Shown in pieces: positions 49,075-62,500 of a DNA stretch of 64,000 nucleotides. The stretch is from Cenococcum geophilum (Eukaryota). Both the position numbers and the translations under genes were made by a program. Numbering within the stretch: position 1 is the stretch's first letter; the number at the start of each line of letters is the position of its first letter. The notes beneath the pieces are model-generated. The model had not been told where the DNA came from. It did not search any database and worked only from the letters and a program-made list of their open reading frames with translations. The stretch is taken from positions 8,742,001 to 8,806,000 of the forward strand of contig CP158636.1 of NCBI GenBank assembly GCA_050273025.1, in the 5' to 3' direction.

Positions 49075-50184
49075 ATTTATAGCGTCGTATAATAGGGGGT
49101 AAAGGTTTAGTTTATAGTTAAAAATTTGCAAATATCCAGATATTATCCGGATATTATCCGATATCCGGGCTATCCTTAGATAGGACTATTATCCGCCTGA
49201 CCGGATAGGATAATTTATCCTTCGCAAGTCTGGTTAATATTTTGATATTCGCGCACGGGCCACATTTGCGTAGCACCTCAACCGTGTATAGGATATAGGC
49301 CCCCACAATATAAGACACTGCTTAAATTAAGACTAAATAAAATGCGTAAACTGCTACTGAAGCATATATAAGGCATAGGAGAGAGAAGACTACATTAAAT
49401 ATAGGAGACAGAAGGTTAGGGCTTAACAGCTACGGAAATAACTATACGCTAGGTTATATGAATGGAAATAATAGGCGATAAGCTAGGGGGGCGTAGGTGC
49501 CTTTCTAGTGTTTCCTACCTTTAATACTAGGGGGCTAGGCTAGCCATCCTAAGCCTTAACGGGCTAGAAGTAACGCCGCGTAATATTACTAGACTATATA
49601 GGGATATAAGGGATATAAGGGATATAAGGAAAAGGATACCCTATAGGAAGACTGTAACGGAGCCTTATAATAGGAACTACGGTGGACTTGTTAATAGGCT
49701 AGGTATATAGGTATTGTAAGTAAGTTAATAATATAATAATAACTGGTGGAGTGGTTACCTAATAGATTAACTCTAATTGTATTCTAAGAATTACTATAAG
49801 GAAGGAACTATCTAGGTAGGGACTAAGGGTCCTTAAATATACAACTGTATTCCTATAAAATCCTTCTTATACGTGAAGTACGTAAGGTATATAAGGTATG
49901 TAAAACATTCCTTATAGGCCTTACAGAGCTTACAGAGCTCGTTATATGACCTTAGTTACTATTCCTCGTTATATAGCTCTACGGGTTCTAACCTAAACCG
50001 TGCCTATATTAACTAACTAGCTTCTTCTAACTCCTCTCTAAGTAGTCGTAATATCGTACTTAAAGCGTCCGTAACACCATCTTCTTCCTCTCTATTTTTG
50101 TCCTTAAAGATACCTAGTATCTCTAAGTTGTTTACTAGAGGTGTAATGTCCGTCTGATTAATTTAGTTAATATTATTACTTATA

Positions 50185-50870
50185 ATGCCTAAAGCACCTG
50201 CTTCTTCTTTAGCTGAGCGCTGGTCTCGTACCGTAGCTGTTATACTGTCGCTAGGTGAGATTATGCCTTCTTATTCTCGTTATACGAAAGAGGGGTTAGT
50301 CTGTGTTGCGATCGCGTTGCCTATTAACCGATAACCGTCTTCTTGTTCCGAGTATACGCGAGCGAATATGCGATCTTCCTATGATGTTCGTTCCGTTTCT
50401 AACGCTAAGTATACGCGTCCTATGACTCTTAATAGTCTCTAAGTTCCCTAAGTAATTTGTTATAAGGTCTCATGTTTAATCTACTACTATAAAGCTTAAT
50501 AGTGAACTATCTGAGGCGCTAGCCAAGATTTATTAACTTTAGTATAACAATAAGCTTTATCTAGCTCGCATTTGTAATAAGGAGCGTTGTGCCCTTAAGG
50601 CTCGTTAAAACGCTTATACTTGTCTTCTTTATCTTAAGAAGGTTCGCAAGAAGGTTTATTTTAAGGAGTAAAAGCTTATAGAATAAGGTTTACAGGAACT
50701 TAGTAATAAAAGAACGGATTTTTTTCTAACAGAGAAGGAAACAACTCTAAGTAGTTCGGCAGTTGCTCTTCCTAGGTCCCCCTTAGGTAACTTATTCTTT
50801 AGCGATTCCCCTTTATCTATATTGCCTAACCTTTTCTCTTTTAATACTCCTATACCTTTCCTATAGCGTT
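50185..50870 (+). pseudogene. Antisense accessory gene of the Gypsy element: Zn2Cys6-like cluster plus coiled coil, probably spliced
   Basis: MPKAPASSLAERWSRTVAVILSLGEIMPS(Y)SR(Y)TKEGLVCVAIALPINR*PSSCSE(Y)TRANMRSS(Y)DVRSVS; the four Y codons are TAT, consistent with RIP of TGT. A probable intron lies at ~50410-50493, followed by a charged helical segment. The 3' end is approximate. Confidence 0.65.
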
Positions 50871-53468
50871 TTTTAGGTTCTCTAGTAGCTCCTAAGTAGT
50901 TTCGTTATAACCTATCTACTTTACTTTATACTATGTTTTATCGTCTATATCCTCGTAATTAACGATCTTTAAAACTTACTATTTATCTTCTTTTTATCTT
51001 CTATACATGTCTGCCTTATAGACCAGTGGCTTAATATTTCCGTATGCTAGCTTTAGCATTGTAATATACTATATAGGGTAGATCTTTATTCTAGCTAGTA
51101 AGTTCAACTTAAATATAACTAATAAAAATTTCTATATAATTTTAAAAGGTCCTAGTCTAACATGGTCTAACTTCTTACTTAGTTATTAACTTTTAAAATT
51201 TTTATATAGTAGCTATATTTTATCTCCCTCCTTAAGATCTAGTCCCTTAGATCTCTTAGCATTATAGTACCTTTTTATCCTTTACTATACTACCTTAGCT
51301 ATTTCCATAAGGTCTATATAAAGATTCATTAAACTCTTTATTCTTTACTTAGCTATACTACTTATCTTCTTTACTTAACGTGGTAATAATAAGGTCCTTA
51401 GCTTATATCCGTAATTCGCCTTAAATAGTAACATGCCTATTTCTTCTTATAGTGTTATATTATATGTAAACTATATAACTAGTAATAGCAATACCTAATT
51501 ATTCTATATATAATTAATATAATGCCTTAGATACTACTCTAGTGTCTAATTTAATCTTTCCGTTTAACCGTCTGTCTATAGATAATATACGGTGAAAGTT
51601 ACTGCTTAAACTCCTTACTCTACTAAGAACACTTCCCAGAATACTACTATAAATCTTAAATCTCTATCTAATATAATCTTACTTAGTACTCTATGCCTTA
51701 TAAACACTTCTTTAACATAAATTCTAGTAATATCTTCTGCTAATATTTCTTTTATATATACTATAAAGTATCCCCACTTTATAAGCTTATCTACTATTAC
51801 TAAGATTACGTTATAATCTTATCCGGTAATAGGATCTCTTAACTTTAGTAACTTAATAATAAAGTCCTATAATATAACTTCCTATAGTTTCTCTAGTATT
51901 TTAATAGGTTATAGCCCTCTATATAGCTTATGCCTTATTAGTTTATTCCTTTATTAATCTAGATATTTCTTTATAACTTACCTAGCTAGTCCCTAGATTC
52001 TATTAATAATATACTCCTCTTAAAGTCTTAACACTAAGCCTATAGCTCCGTTATATCCTTAAGTTAGTCCTTTATAAAATAATTTAATAAACTTTTTTAT
52101 AATAAATCTTAGTATATACGTTACTTTTTAATTTTTATACTACTCTAAGTCTAGATCCTCTATTTATACGTTTAGGATCTTTTATATTTAATTACTCTCT
52201 AATAAATTATAGATTTTCTCCTCTTATATTGCTGTAATTTTTAGATAGTTGTATCTAATTAATCTATCTATATCTTTTCGCAATAAAGCCCCTAATGGCT
52301 TTTTATTGTTTTATAGTTTAGCTTTTCTACTTAAAGCATCTGCTCGTGTATTCTCTGTACCCTTAGTATACTAAATCTTAAAATAGTATTCCGTAAGCAT
52401 CTCCGCCTATCTAACCTATCTTTAATTAAGTTCTTTCATTATTAGGAACCTCATTAAGTTCTTATAATTTGTTTTAACTATAAATAGTTTTTCTATACCT
52501 TATAAGAATAATCTCTATTCCCTTAATACTATAATTATACCTAATAACTCCTTATTATAGATGTTATAGTTTAGTTCTAGTAGTGTTATCTTTTAACTAT
52601 AGTATACCACTAAGTGCTATCTATTTTTATATTTCTATAGAAAGTATACTCCTAGTATATAGTCTAATATATCCGTTTCAACCACTATCTCTAACTACGG
52701 TTAATAGATTTTAAGAACTGGCTCCTAAGTAAATAACTGTTTAATTTTCTTAAATAGTTCCTTTTATTCCTCTTCCTATACCTATAGTTCTTCCTTCTTT
52801 ATTAATCTTATAAGTGGCTTAATATCCTTTAACCATTAAGCTATAAACCTTCTGTAGTAGTTGCAGAACCCTAAAAATAACCTTAACTATATTACATTTT
52901 CTAGTTCTTACCACTTTATTATGGCCTTAATCTTCTTTAGATCTATACTAAGTTAGCCTAGTTTAATAATAAATCTAACAAAATCCGTCTTTCTAGTAAA
53001 GAACTCGCATTTTTTAATTGCTACTAGCATCTATTCTTCTTATAGTCTCTTTAAAACCCATTCGATATATTCTCTATATTCTTCCTTACTTATTAAGTAG
53101 ATAATAATATCGTTAAAATATACCATAATAAATTTATCTAAGTATTCTCTTAATATATCATTAATACGCTTCTAAAATATTACTAGTGCGTTTATAAGCC
53201 TAAATTGTATAACTAGTAGTTTATATAGTCCTTCCTTTAACCTAAAGGCTACCTTTTATTTATCGCCTTCCTTAATTCTAATCTAATAGTACACCTATCT
53301 TAGATCTATCTTTATAAAGATTTGCGCATTACCGATCCTATCTTAAATTTCACTAATTAAAGGTAAAGGATACCTATCCTTCCTAGTAATGCTATTTAAC
53401 TATCTATAGTTAATGCATAGCCTAAGTTTTTTATTCTTCTTTAGTACGAATAGTACTAGATATCCCGC

Positions 53469-56400
53469 TGTGAGGTAAGGATATAGATAGGGAGCTTAAT
53501 GATGGAATAATAGGGTATATTGTATAGACAGAGACGAATCCTTAAGGGAGAAGGAGGAGTCTAAGGTGCGAGGTAAGGGGTTTCCATAGGCACGTGCAGC
53601 GTACGTGCCTCACAGGCAAGTCGCCTGCGGGTCGCCTGTACCTCGCAGCTATATAACTATATGCTTAGGTTTCACCTAACAATGCCCCCCCCTTTAAAAA
53701 GGGTCGTCCCCAATCCTTTACGTACTTAGGCCTCGATAAAACCCCATAAAAAACCTTAATAAGGAAAAATTAAAAAGGGAAAGAGTGTCCTGATTTTACG
53801 CATAAAAAGATAGGTATATACTTTACCGGTAAGTTATAGGTTATTTATATATAGCCAGGCGTATAGTAGTAAGGCAGTATGCCCGTTAAATCCACCGCTA
53901 ACCCTATACTTTGGCCTTATACTATACCTGCGTAGCATATAGAGATTCCGCCAAGTTCTGCCAAATTCTGCCAAATTCTGCCAAATTCTAGATGCGTACT
54001 TGCATAAGTAGGTCGCTAATACCTCACGGGTAGGTCATAGGTTATTCGCATGCAGCCAGATTTATAAACGGTAAGGCTATATACCTATTAAATCCGCCGC
54101 TAACCCTACTTTAGCCTTACGCTATACCGGCGTAGCGCCGTGTATACTTCGTGGGTAGGTTATAGGTTATTTATATATAGCTAGACGTATAGTAGTAGGG
54201 CAGTATACCCATTAAATCCACCGCCGACTTTATACTTTAGCCTTGCGTTATCTGCGTAGCACATATGTAGTATATACGTAGTTATATCGGGTCGCGATGC
54301 GCCTACGTAAGGTATACGTTTAGGGGTATATAGTATCCAAGTCTTCTACCTATCTGACGTTAGGTCGCGATACGCCTGCACAAGATATGCGTTTAGGGGT
54401 ATACGGTATCTAAGTCTGATATATAAATCGTCGGTACAGGTTACTACTAGTAGGTCACTAGTAGGTCATAAACCCCAGTTAAAGGACCCCGGTTACGGAT
54501 AGATCTGTCCTTTAAGATATAAGTTATTAGTATAGGTTGCTACTAGCAGGTTACTAGTGGGTTAAAGGACCCCAGTTAAAGGACCCCGGTTATAGGCGGT
54601 ATCTATTACTAGTAGGGACTTGCCCCTAAGTCAGCTAATCACACGTAGAGCGTAAGGCGTCCCTTTTGCTCTATAGATAAAATCGACTAGTGACTCGTAG
54701 GGTCGTTAGGTCGCGATGCGCCTACGTAAAGTATACGCTTAGGGGTATACGGTATCCAAGCTTTCTTTTCTCTAACATTAGGTCGCGATATACCTGCGCA
54801 TAATATACGTTTAGGGTATGCGGTATCCAAGTCTTCTTCCTATTTAATATTAGGTCGTAATACGCCTATATAAGGTATATATTTAGGGTATACGTTATCC
54901 AAGTCTTTGTAGAGTAATATATATATCGTTAGCACAGGTTACTACTAGTAGGTTACTAGCAGGTCATAGACCCCGGTTAAAGGACCCCGGTTATAGATAG
55001 GCCTATTATATAATATATATATATAGTTATCAGTATAGGTTACTACTAGTAGGTTACTAGCGGGTTAAAGGACCCTAGTTAAAGGACCCCGGTTATAGAC
55101 GGACCTGCCACCTATTGCCTAACGGCTAGGACTTATCTGCAACGGCTTACCGCTAATATTCTTTATAGTTACTACCTGCGTTCCTCTAGTAAGTTATAGG
55201 CATAGCGCTAGCGTCTAGGGGGTCCTTAGGGCTATCCGGCTGTTAAGTAGTCTCTCTAGGAGTTTGCTTAGGAAAGCCTTGCCTTCCTTAGGTTCTGTTT
55301 TCTAAACCTAACCCTATAGAGCTTACGCTATGACCGCGCTTTAAGCGTAAAAATCTGCTACTAACTACGCGATCTTCCGTAAGCTTCGTGGTATTAAGCA
55401 ATTACTTTATATGGCGGACTTCAGTAAAGAGGTCCTTAGTAGTTCTTACCCATATAGCAAAGTTCTGGCGGAAGAGCTCTGCTTATAGGTAGGTTGGGAG
55501 ATATAAGAACTAAAAGTCTACCTACTAATTAGGATTAACAAAGGGGGTATATAATAAGAGGTCCTCTAAGCTACGTATACGGGTTAAGAAGGTGTTAAAC
55601 TTCTAGTTCTCCTTTATTACAGTCGTATAGTACGCAGTAGCATTATTAAAGCATCTTACTATAGGGTCCTTAATCTAGTCTTAGACTATAGTCTTAAATT
55701 CGTCCTATAGTAAAGGACCTTTATCTTTAGCGCCCAGCCGGTAATATACTAGTTAAGTAATTATCTTCGCTTTTACAAGACCTTTAATGGCCTAATACGT
55801 ACGTCGCTCGCAGTTATAGTTAGTGTCGTTAACCTTAAATTAGTTCTTAACTGCGGCGATCCACCGGTTAAACTTCTGTTAAGTAGTGCTACTAATATTG
55901 GGCAGTAACTTCTTAACTAGGGCGTCAAAATTCATTCGGCGTATACGCTCGCTACGTAACTTATATTCTTCGCTTAAGAGACGATAATAATAGGAGGGCT
56001 TTATTAAGTTAATAATGCTCCGTAAGTTAGCTATTTTCTTAGCTAGCTTATCTAGCTCCTTTGGGTTAGCAGTATTCGGTAGGACGCTAGTAACCTTGCT
56101 AAGCTTCTGTTGAGCCTAGGTATATAAGTTAAACTAGTCTCTAGCGTTCGTAGATGTCTAATCGTCTTAAGATTCGGAAGGTAGCCTAGATATTACTAGT
56201 ATAGAGACTTCGTCTGCACTAGATCCTAAGGCGTTCTGCTATTATATCGCGGGCGTATTGCCATTAAGTGTAGGGGTCGATCTTATCTTCGGAGGCATTA
56301 TAGATTATAGGAAAATTAAACCGGCTATCCTCCTAAAGGGATTGGTAAGGATTCGAATGTAAGGTAAGGATATAGATAGGGAGCTCAATAATGGAACAAT

Positions 56401-56570
56401 AGGGTATATTATATAGACAGAGACGAATCCTTAAGGGAGAAGGAGGAGTCTAAGGTGCGAGGTAAGGGGTTTCCATAGGCATGTGTAGCGTACATACCTT
56501 ACAGGCGAGTCGCCTGCGGGTTACCTGTACCTCACAGCTATATAACTATATGCTCAGGTTTCACCTAACA
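53469..56570 (-). mobile_element. 3.1-kb non-autonomous LTR element (gag-like ORF only, no pol) nested in the Gypsy RT region
   Basis: 213-bp TG...CA LTRs at 53469-53681 and 56358-56570; TSD CCCGC. PPT GGGGGGGG at ~53685-53692. Degenerate ORF from ATG 56298 (MPPKIRST...) to ~55150. Internal repeats at 53800-55100. Confidence 0.9.
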
Positions 56571-59500
56571 CCCGCTAATAACTGCAATAGTCTAATATAT
56601 CCCTTTTAAAGATTTTCCTAAACAAACTCCTTAAATGCCTATAACTCTTTTTCTATTAACTTATAGGTTAGGTAAAACCTTAGACTTATTCCTAGTTCTA
56701 ATTCTATCTTATAGTCCCATACTATATATTCTAACAGCTTTTTACTTTCTAGTAACTATAACCTTTTACTATATTTATAGTATCTCTTTAGTATATAACT
56801 TAATCCTTAATTAGTCTCCTTATATGTCGCTCTAACTTAGTACTATACTAACTTAGTTTATTATCGCATTTTACGTTATTATATATCTCTAATATTAACT
56901 TAACCTATAACCTAATTAATCTTTAGATTATATTCCTATAACTAAGGCATTTCTAATACTGCCTTATTATTCCCTAATGGTAATATATTAAAAGACATGT
57001 CAATCTATCTCCCTTTAATGGTTATCTAAATAGGTCCTATTTTAAGGTTAATAATACCTCCTCTATAGGCTATTAGATCTCCTAAAATTATTACTAATAG
57101 ATAAGGGTACTCCTTTTACCTATATAGTAGCCCCATCCTTTTAACTACTACTAGTAAGATATAGTTTCGTATCGCTCCACTATCTACTAATACTTTAAAC
57201 TATTAATCTTACCATTTAACTTTTAAATTTAGGTATTGTCCTTAAATTTCTTTAAGGGTCTAAGGCTTTACTACTAGCTCCCTCTAGTTCTATAGGCCTC
57301 TACTTTTCCTAACTCTTAGCTACTTAATCCTATTATACTTAGCTTACTCTTTAGCCAATACCTAGTTTGCTTTTTATCTTTAATATACTATAAATAGGTG
57401 TTCTCTAAACATTCCTACTATTATTATCCATCTAAGCATTCTTCCGTTAGGAATCTTCCTGGTTAAAATATTAAACTTCCTTTCTCTTAAACTTCTGCTA
57501 GATGCCATCTGTATATATATTTAGCATTCCTATACTATTATTTATTTATTATCCAGTATATCCTTATAGGGTATTTCTAATTCTTTTCCTTTGGATTCTT
57601 ATACATTTTATATATATCGTCTATATATATAATCCATAATAGCATATAGTATGCTAAGTACTTTAGGTTAACTCTTAACTTGTCCTTATCCTTAAGTTTA
57701 AACCTCTATTACACTAATCTAAATGTTATAACTTTATTTATAGGTACTAAAATACGCCTCTTACTTCTCCAGTCCTCTAATCGTTCCTTTAGATCCTTTA
57801 ATATTATAATTAAAGCTCCCTTAATATAATTCATTGCTTTTTCAGTAATTAGGTGGTCTTAGATAACTTTTTCGTCCAACTATATATAGAAATCTTCCTA
57901 CTTATCATTGTGTCGTTGCCTATACTACTTTTAGTACAGCTATTAGAGTATATACGGTCTATCCGTAAGGAAGTATCTTCTTATTACTACGTCATAATAG
58001 CCTTTTATATATCATTCTTTAAACCTAGTAGAAATCCCTAAATCCTCTTTATTTTCCAATTTAATAAGCCACTTAGCTCTTAGTATGCCTACTCTTAGCC
58101 TATTAGTAATCCTTTATACTAGTGCTCTGTCCTTTATATATCTCAATATACTAGATTTCTTGTCTAGTTTCTATTCTTGCCATAAGGTAATTCTTACTCT
58201 AAATTTCTCTATGGTTTCTTTTCTTTCGCGTCTTATAAGTAGATCCTTAAAGTCTTCTTACTTTTTAATCTTAGTATTAAACTCTTAATCTTTAGTCTAA
58301 ACATCTTATTTAACTAGTAAGTCCTCTAGGTCTATATATCTATTTCCTAGTCTAACTACTGTTTATATTGCAGATTCTCTAATCTATAGTAAAGTCTCTT
58401 ACTTCCTATTTATGGGTGTCCTAATTTATACCCCAAATTCTTAACCCCTTAGATTCTTTAATCCTAAGCTTGCTTCTAACTTAAGCTTAGCTCTAGCCTT
58501 AGTCTAACTAGGCGTCCGTAGTGTTCTTATCTCGTCTTAAGAGTCTTAAATCTTACTTATCTTATCTTAAGAATTTTATGCCGTTAGGAACACTTATCCC
58601 GAGCTTATTTATATATTCTTAAACTAAGCCACTACCCTACTCTATCGGTTTGCGTCCGTTATAAGTCTTTAAGTATGCCTTATCTCTTTTTAAGAGTCTT
58701 AATTATCTCTTATCTCGTCTTAAGAATCTTAAGCCTTTAGCCTTTTGCCTTTATTAAGTGGTAAGCTAGCACTAGCAGTTATCTACTTACTTAATCATCT
58801 CTAGATATTGCTCCTTTTATCTTATAAAGTAATAGATGCCGTATCTAACGATGTTATAATACCCATTACTAAACCTTACTTTATGGCGGTCTCAGTCTCT
58901 ACTTTTATTGCGTTATTAAGGTTTAGATACCCCCAGTTAGTTCCTTTACTATCCTTATTACTGTTAATTAATAAGTACTCTAACTCCATTATTATTATTA
59001 CTAATTATTGTCCGTATGTTACTATAATATCTTAATCTAGCTTATAGAGTCGATCTTATTTTTTTATCTAACTCTTTAGTTCCTTTAAGTCTTTTTAACT
59101 CTGGCTCTTATAGCTAATAGCTTGCGCTATACTTAGCGTCTTTATAAATTTAGTATGCGTTGTTATAATAAAACGCAAAACTTCTAATTAAATATTCTTT
59201 TGTTCCTCGTAGTATACTATTATTCCTCTATATATATATATTACATACTATTAGTCTAGTTCCCTTTACTACGTAATAACTCTAACCACTTCTACAGTCT
59301 TTAGCGAAATAACCCTATTTTCCGCAATTTATATAAGCTCCATCTTTAAACTATTACTTTTGCTATAGAGTCCGCTTAAACGTCTTCCGCTGTTAAGATC
59401 TTTAGTTTAGCCTATGCTTCTTAGTCCTATAATTACTTAATCCTTAACTTCTAGGTTTCTATAGTTACTTTCCCTATTTCTTATAGGTTTCTCTAGTACC

Positions 59501-62500
59501 ACTTAGGTCTATTAGCTCTGCGCTATACTATAGTTTTTAATTTAGCTTTAGTTATTGCGTACTCTACGTCTTATATAACTATAGAACTCTATTCTAGCCT
59601 CTCTTAGCCTGTTCCCTTTAGAAGATCCTATTATTAATCTTAATCGCTTAATCTATTAATTCCCTTAGGGTATCCACATCTTCTATTAGAATAATTGCGT
59701 CCTAGACTTTAGCCTTAAGTCCCTATTTATACTGTGCCATAAGCGCCTTATTATTCCATTTAACCTATATAGTAAATGTTTAAAACTATATTATATACTT
59801 AATTGCTAAAGTTCGCTGCGTTAGGTCCTAAAGCTTTTTCTTTACTATAGTTATTACTTCCGGGTCCCCAAATATTTATATTAATCGTTCCATAAATCCT
59901 ACCTAGCTAGAAAACATAAATCGTACCTCTTAATTGGTAATAGTTATTCCGTTAGTCTATATTTCCGTTAAATAGGGTTTAAACTATTTAAGTACCTAAC
60001 CCGTTAGAAATAGTCCCGCATAGGCTATCTAATCCATTATTATGGCTAACTTAGCCCCTTCTTATATGACTTTAAAATGCATTTATATTAGAAATCCTTT
60101 AAGCTTTAATCTCTCTCCTAAGAATCGTTCGATTGAAGGTAACTTAACCTTTACTACTCCAATCCCATTAAGTCTTTCTTTAAGTATTTAGTTATTCTCA
60201 TTTAACCTATTAATAATTTCCTATAACTACCCAACCGTAACTGGTTGTAAGTTAGTATCTTACATACTTATATCTCCACTTAACCTTAAAGTGGTTGCTG
60301 CCGTTAACGGTATTATAGTGGCTGCTTTTGGTGGCATGTTATTTAACTTATTAAAACCGTAACTATAGTAGTAATTGTATAATAGAGCCTTGTAGTAGGA
60401 ACTACGGTAAACTCGTTAATAGGCTAGGTATATAGGTATTATAAGTAAGTTAACAACGTAATAACAACTGGTAGAGTGGTTGCCCAACAGATTAACTCTA
60501 ATTATATTCTGAGAATTACTATAAGGAAGGAACTATCTAGGTAGGGACTAAGGGTCCTTAAATATATAACTATACTCCTATAAAATCCTTCTTATACGTG
60601 AAGTACGTAAGGTACGTAAGGTACGTAAGATATTCCTTATAGGCCTTACAGAGCTTATAGAGCTCGTCATGTGACCTCGGTTACTATTCCTCATCACATA
60701 GCTCCACGGGTTCCAACCTAGACCGTGCCTATATTAACCAACTAGCTTCTTCTAACTCCTCTCCAAGTAGTTATAATATTATACTTAAAGCGTCCGTAAC
60801 AAAGACCCTTATGGACAGCTATAGCAAGCTTAAGACCAGGACAATTAAGAATTAGACTTAACGCGGTAAATATAACATTCGCAGCCGACTCTTAAAGGGT
60901 ATATAGCTAACTAGTAAAAATAGGGAAAGAACTGGAGATAATAACAGATTTAGATATAGAAGCGCTAGTAGGAACATAAGATATGGGAATAAAAAGCTTT
61001 ATATAAAATAAGTAGTAACTAGGGTATAGATATAAGAGATAGAAGTTCTAAATATTCTAAAGAAAGTAGAAATAGAAGAAGTAAGGAATTAAAAAAAGGC
61101 GAAGGACCCTTACTAAGGGTCCGCTACCTATCCATTATATAGTATAACTACGGCAATATAAACCACTATCTCGTAAGGCCCTTACTAGACAGCCTAGACC
61201 TAGAGGAATACTATATCCTTACTATATAAGAGCCGTATTATAATACCTATATATAATTAATATACTGCCCCTAAGAATTCCAGCTCCTATATAAACTAAA
61301 AGCAGCTATACGCGTATACTTTATAATTAGTAAAGCTATTAGCCTATCCTTATAATTATAATAGGCAGTTAGCCTAAATATTGCAGTTATAATAATTTAG
61401 ACATATAGGGGACCGGTATAAATAATTAATATATATAACCCTAGGGTTAAAGGGGTCCTATAAATAGAGAACATTATATTAGTAATAAGCTTACTAAAAA
61501 CCAAAGGTATAGAGTTTATCCTATTAGGAGATATAAACCTCTACCACCCGTGGTAGGGGGGTATCTATATTACTGCTAAATAATAGGTAGAGTGCTTACT
61601 AAGAGCTATAAACACCTGGGGCCTTAAGCTTACTACCCCCCTAGGAGCAATTATATGGCAATAAGGCACCGCTAGAGGTATAATTAACCTTATATTTATA
61701 GACAAAGGCCTATACTAAAGACTTAAAAGGTATAACCCCAAAGAAGAATAAGTACTTACTTTAAACCATATCCCTATCCAGATACAGCTAAATCTGGATA
61801 TTAAGGCGTAACTAAATAGCAAAAGATACGTAATAAGAAAGCTTAAGATAGATAGCTTCCTTAATATAGTTAAATAATAACTTTAAAACCTAGAAGAAAT
61901 CCACCCAATACCAAATAAGCGAGGCTTATTAGCTACCCCTAAGGAAATTAACTAAAGACTAGAAAGGATCTAGGCAGCAATTAAAAACGGGCTAGAAGAG
62001 TACTACCCGGTCTTAAAACCGGGCCCCTATACGCAATATATATAGTCCGCATAATATATAGTTCTTATCGCTAGCTAATAGTAAGTAAGAAGAAAATATA
62101 TAAGTAGCTATAATCTTAAAGACGAGAGATAATATAAAGACATAAGAAACCAGCTAAAGAATGCCCTAAAAAAAGAAGTAAGGAATAGCTAAAGACGGTT
62201 TATAAATAAGCATACTACTAACCTAAACCTCCCCTATAATAAAGGTCTTTAGAGAATAGCAAAATAGGTAAAGAGAAAGGCGGGACGTCTAGTAGAAGAC
62301 CTATACCTTCCGCCCCTACGAAAACTAGGTAAATTACTAGCTATAAGTAACAATAATAAGAAGGCAAAGATCCTTATAGAAAGATTTTTCCCTTAACCAG
62401 CTTTAGTAGACCTTAGTAATATTATAGGCAAAGCACCGGTAACTCGCCTAAGGGTTAACAGCAATATAATAACCGAAGAAATGGCTAGAACTATTAGCCG

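Larger units (their letters stand above)
39294..49232 (-). mobile_element. Full-length hAT DNA transposon (~3.9 kb without the nested Copia), RIP-inactivated
   Basis: TIRs CAGACTTGCGGAGGATA / TATCCTTCGCAAGTCTG. 8-bp TSD GTTGATAT (39286-39293) and GTTAATAT (49233-49240). Subterminal TATCCGGATA repeats. Confidence 0.93.
49653..60801 (-). mobile_element. Ty3/Gypsy chromovirus-type LTR retrotransposon, RIP-inactivated
   Basis: 424-bp LTRs at 49653-50076 and 60378-60801; TSD AAGAC. PPT AGAGAGGAAGAAGATGG abuts 50076. gag ATG at 60337, CCHC knuckle ~59300, protease VLVDSGA ~57185, RT VYFNDIIIY ~53110, RNase H VVETD ~52680, integrase TDG*TERLN ~51560, chromodomain remnant ~50900. Confidence 0.93.
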
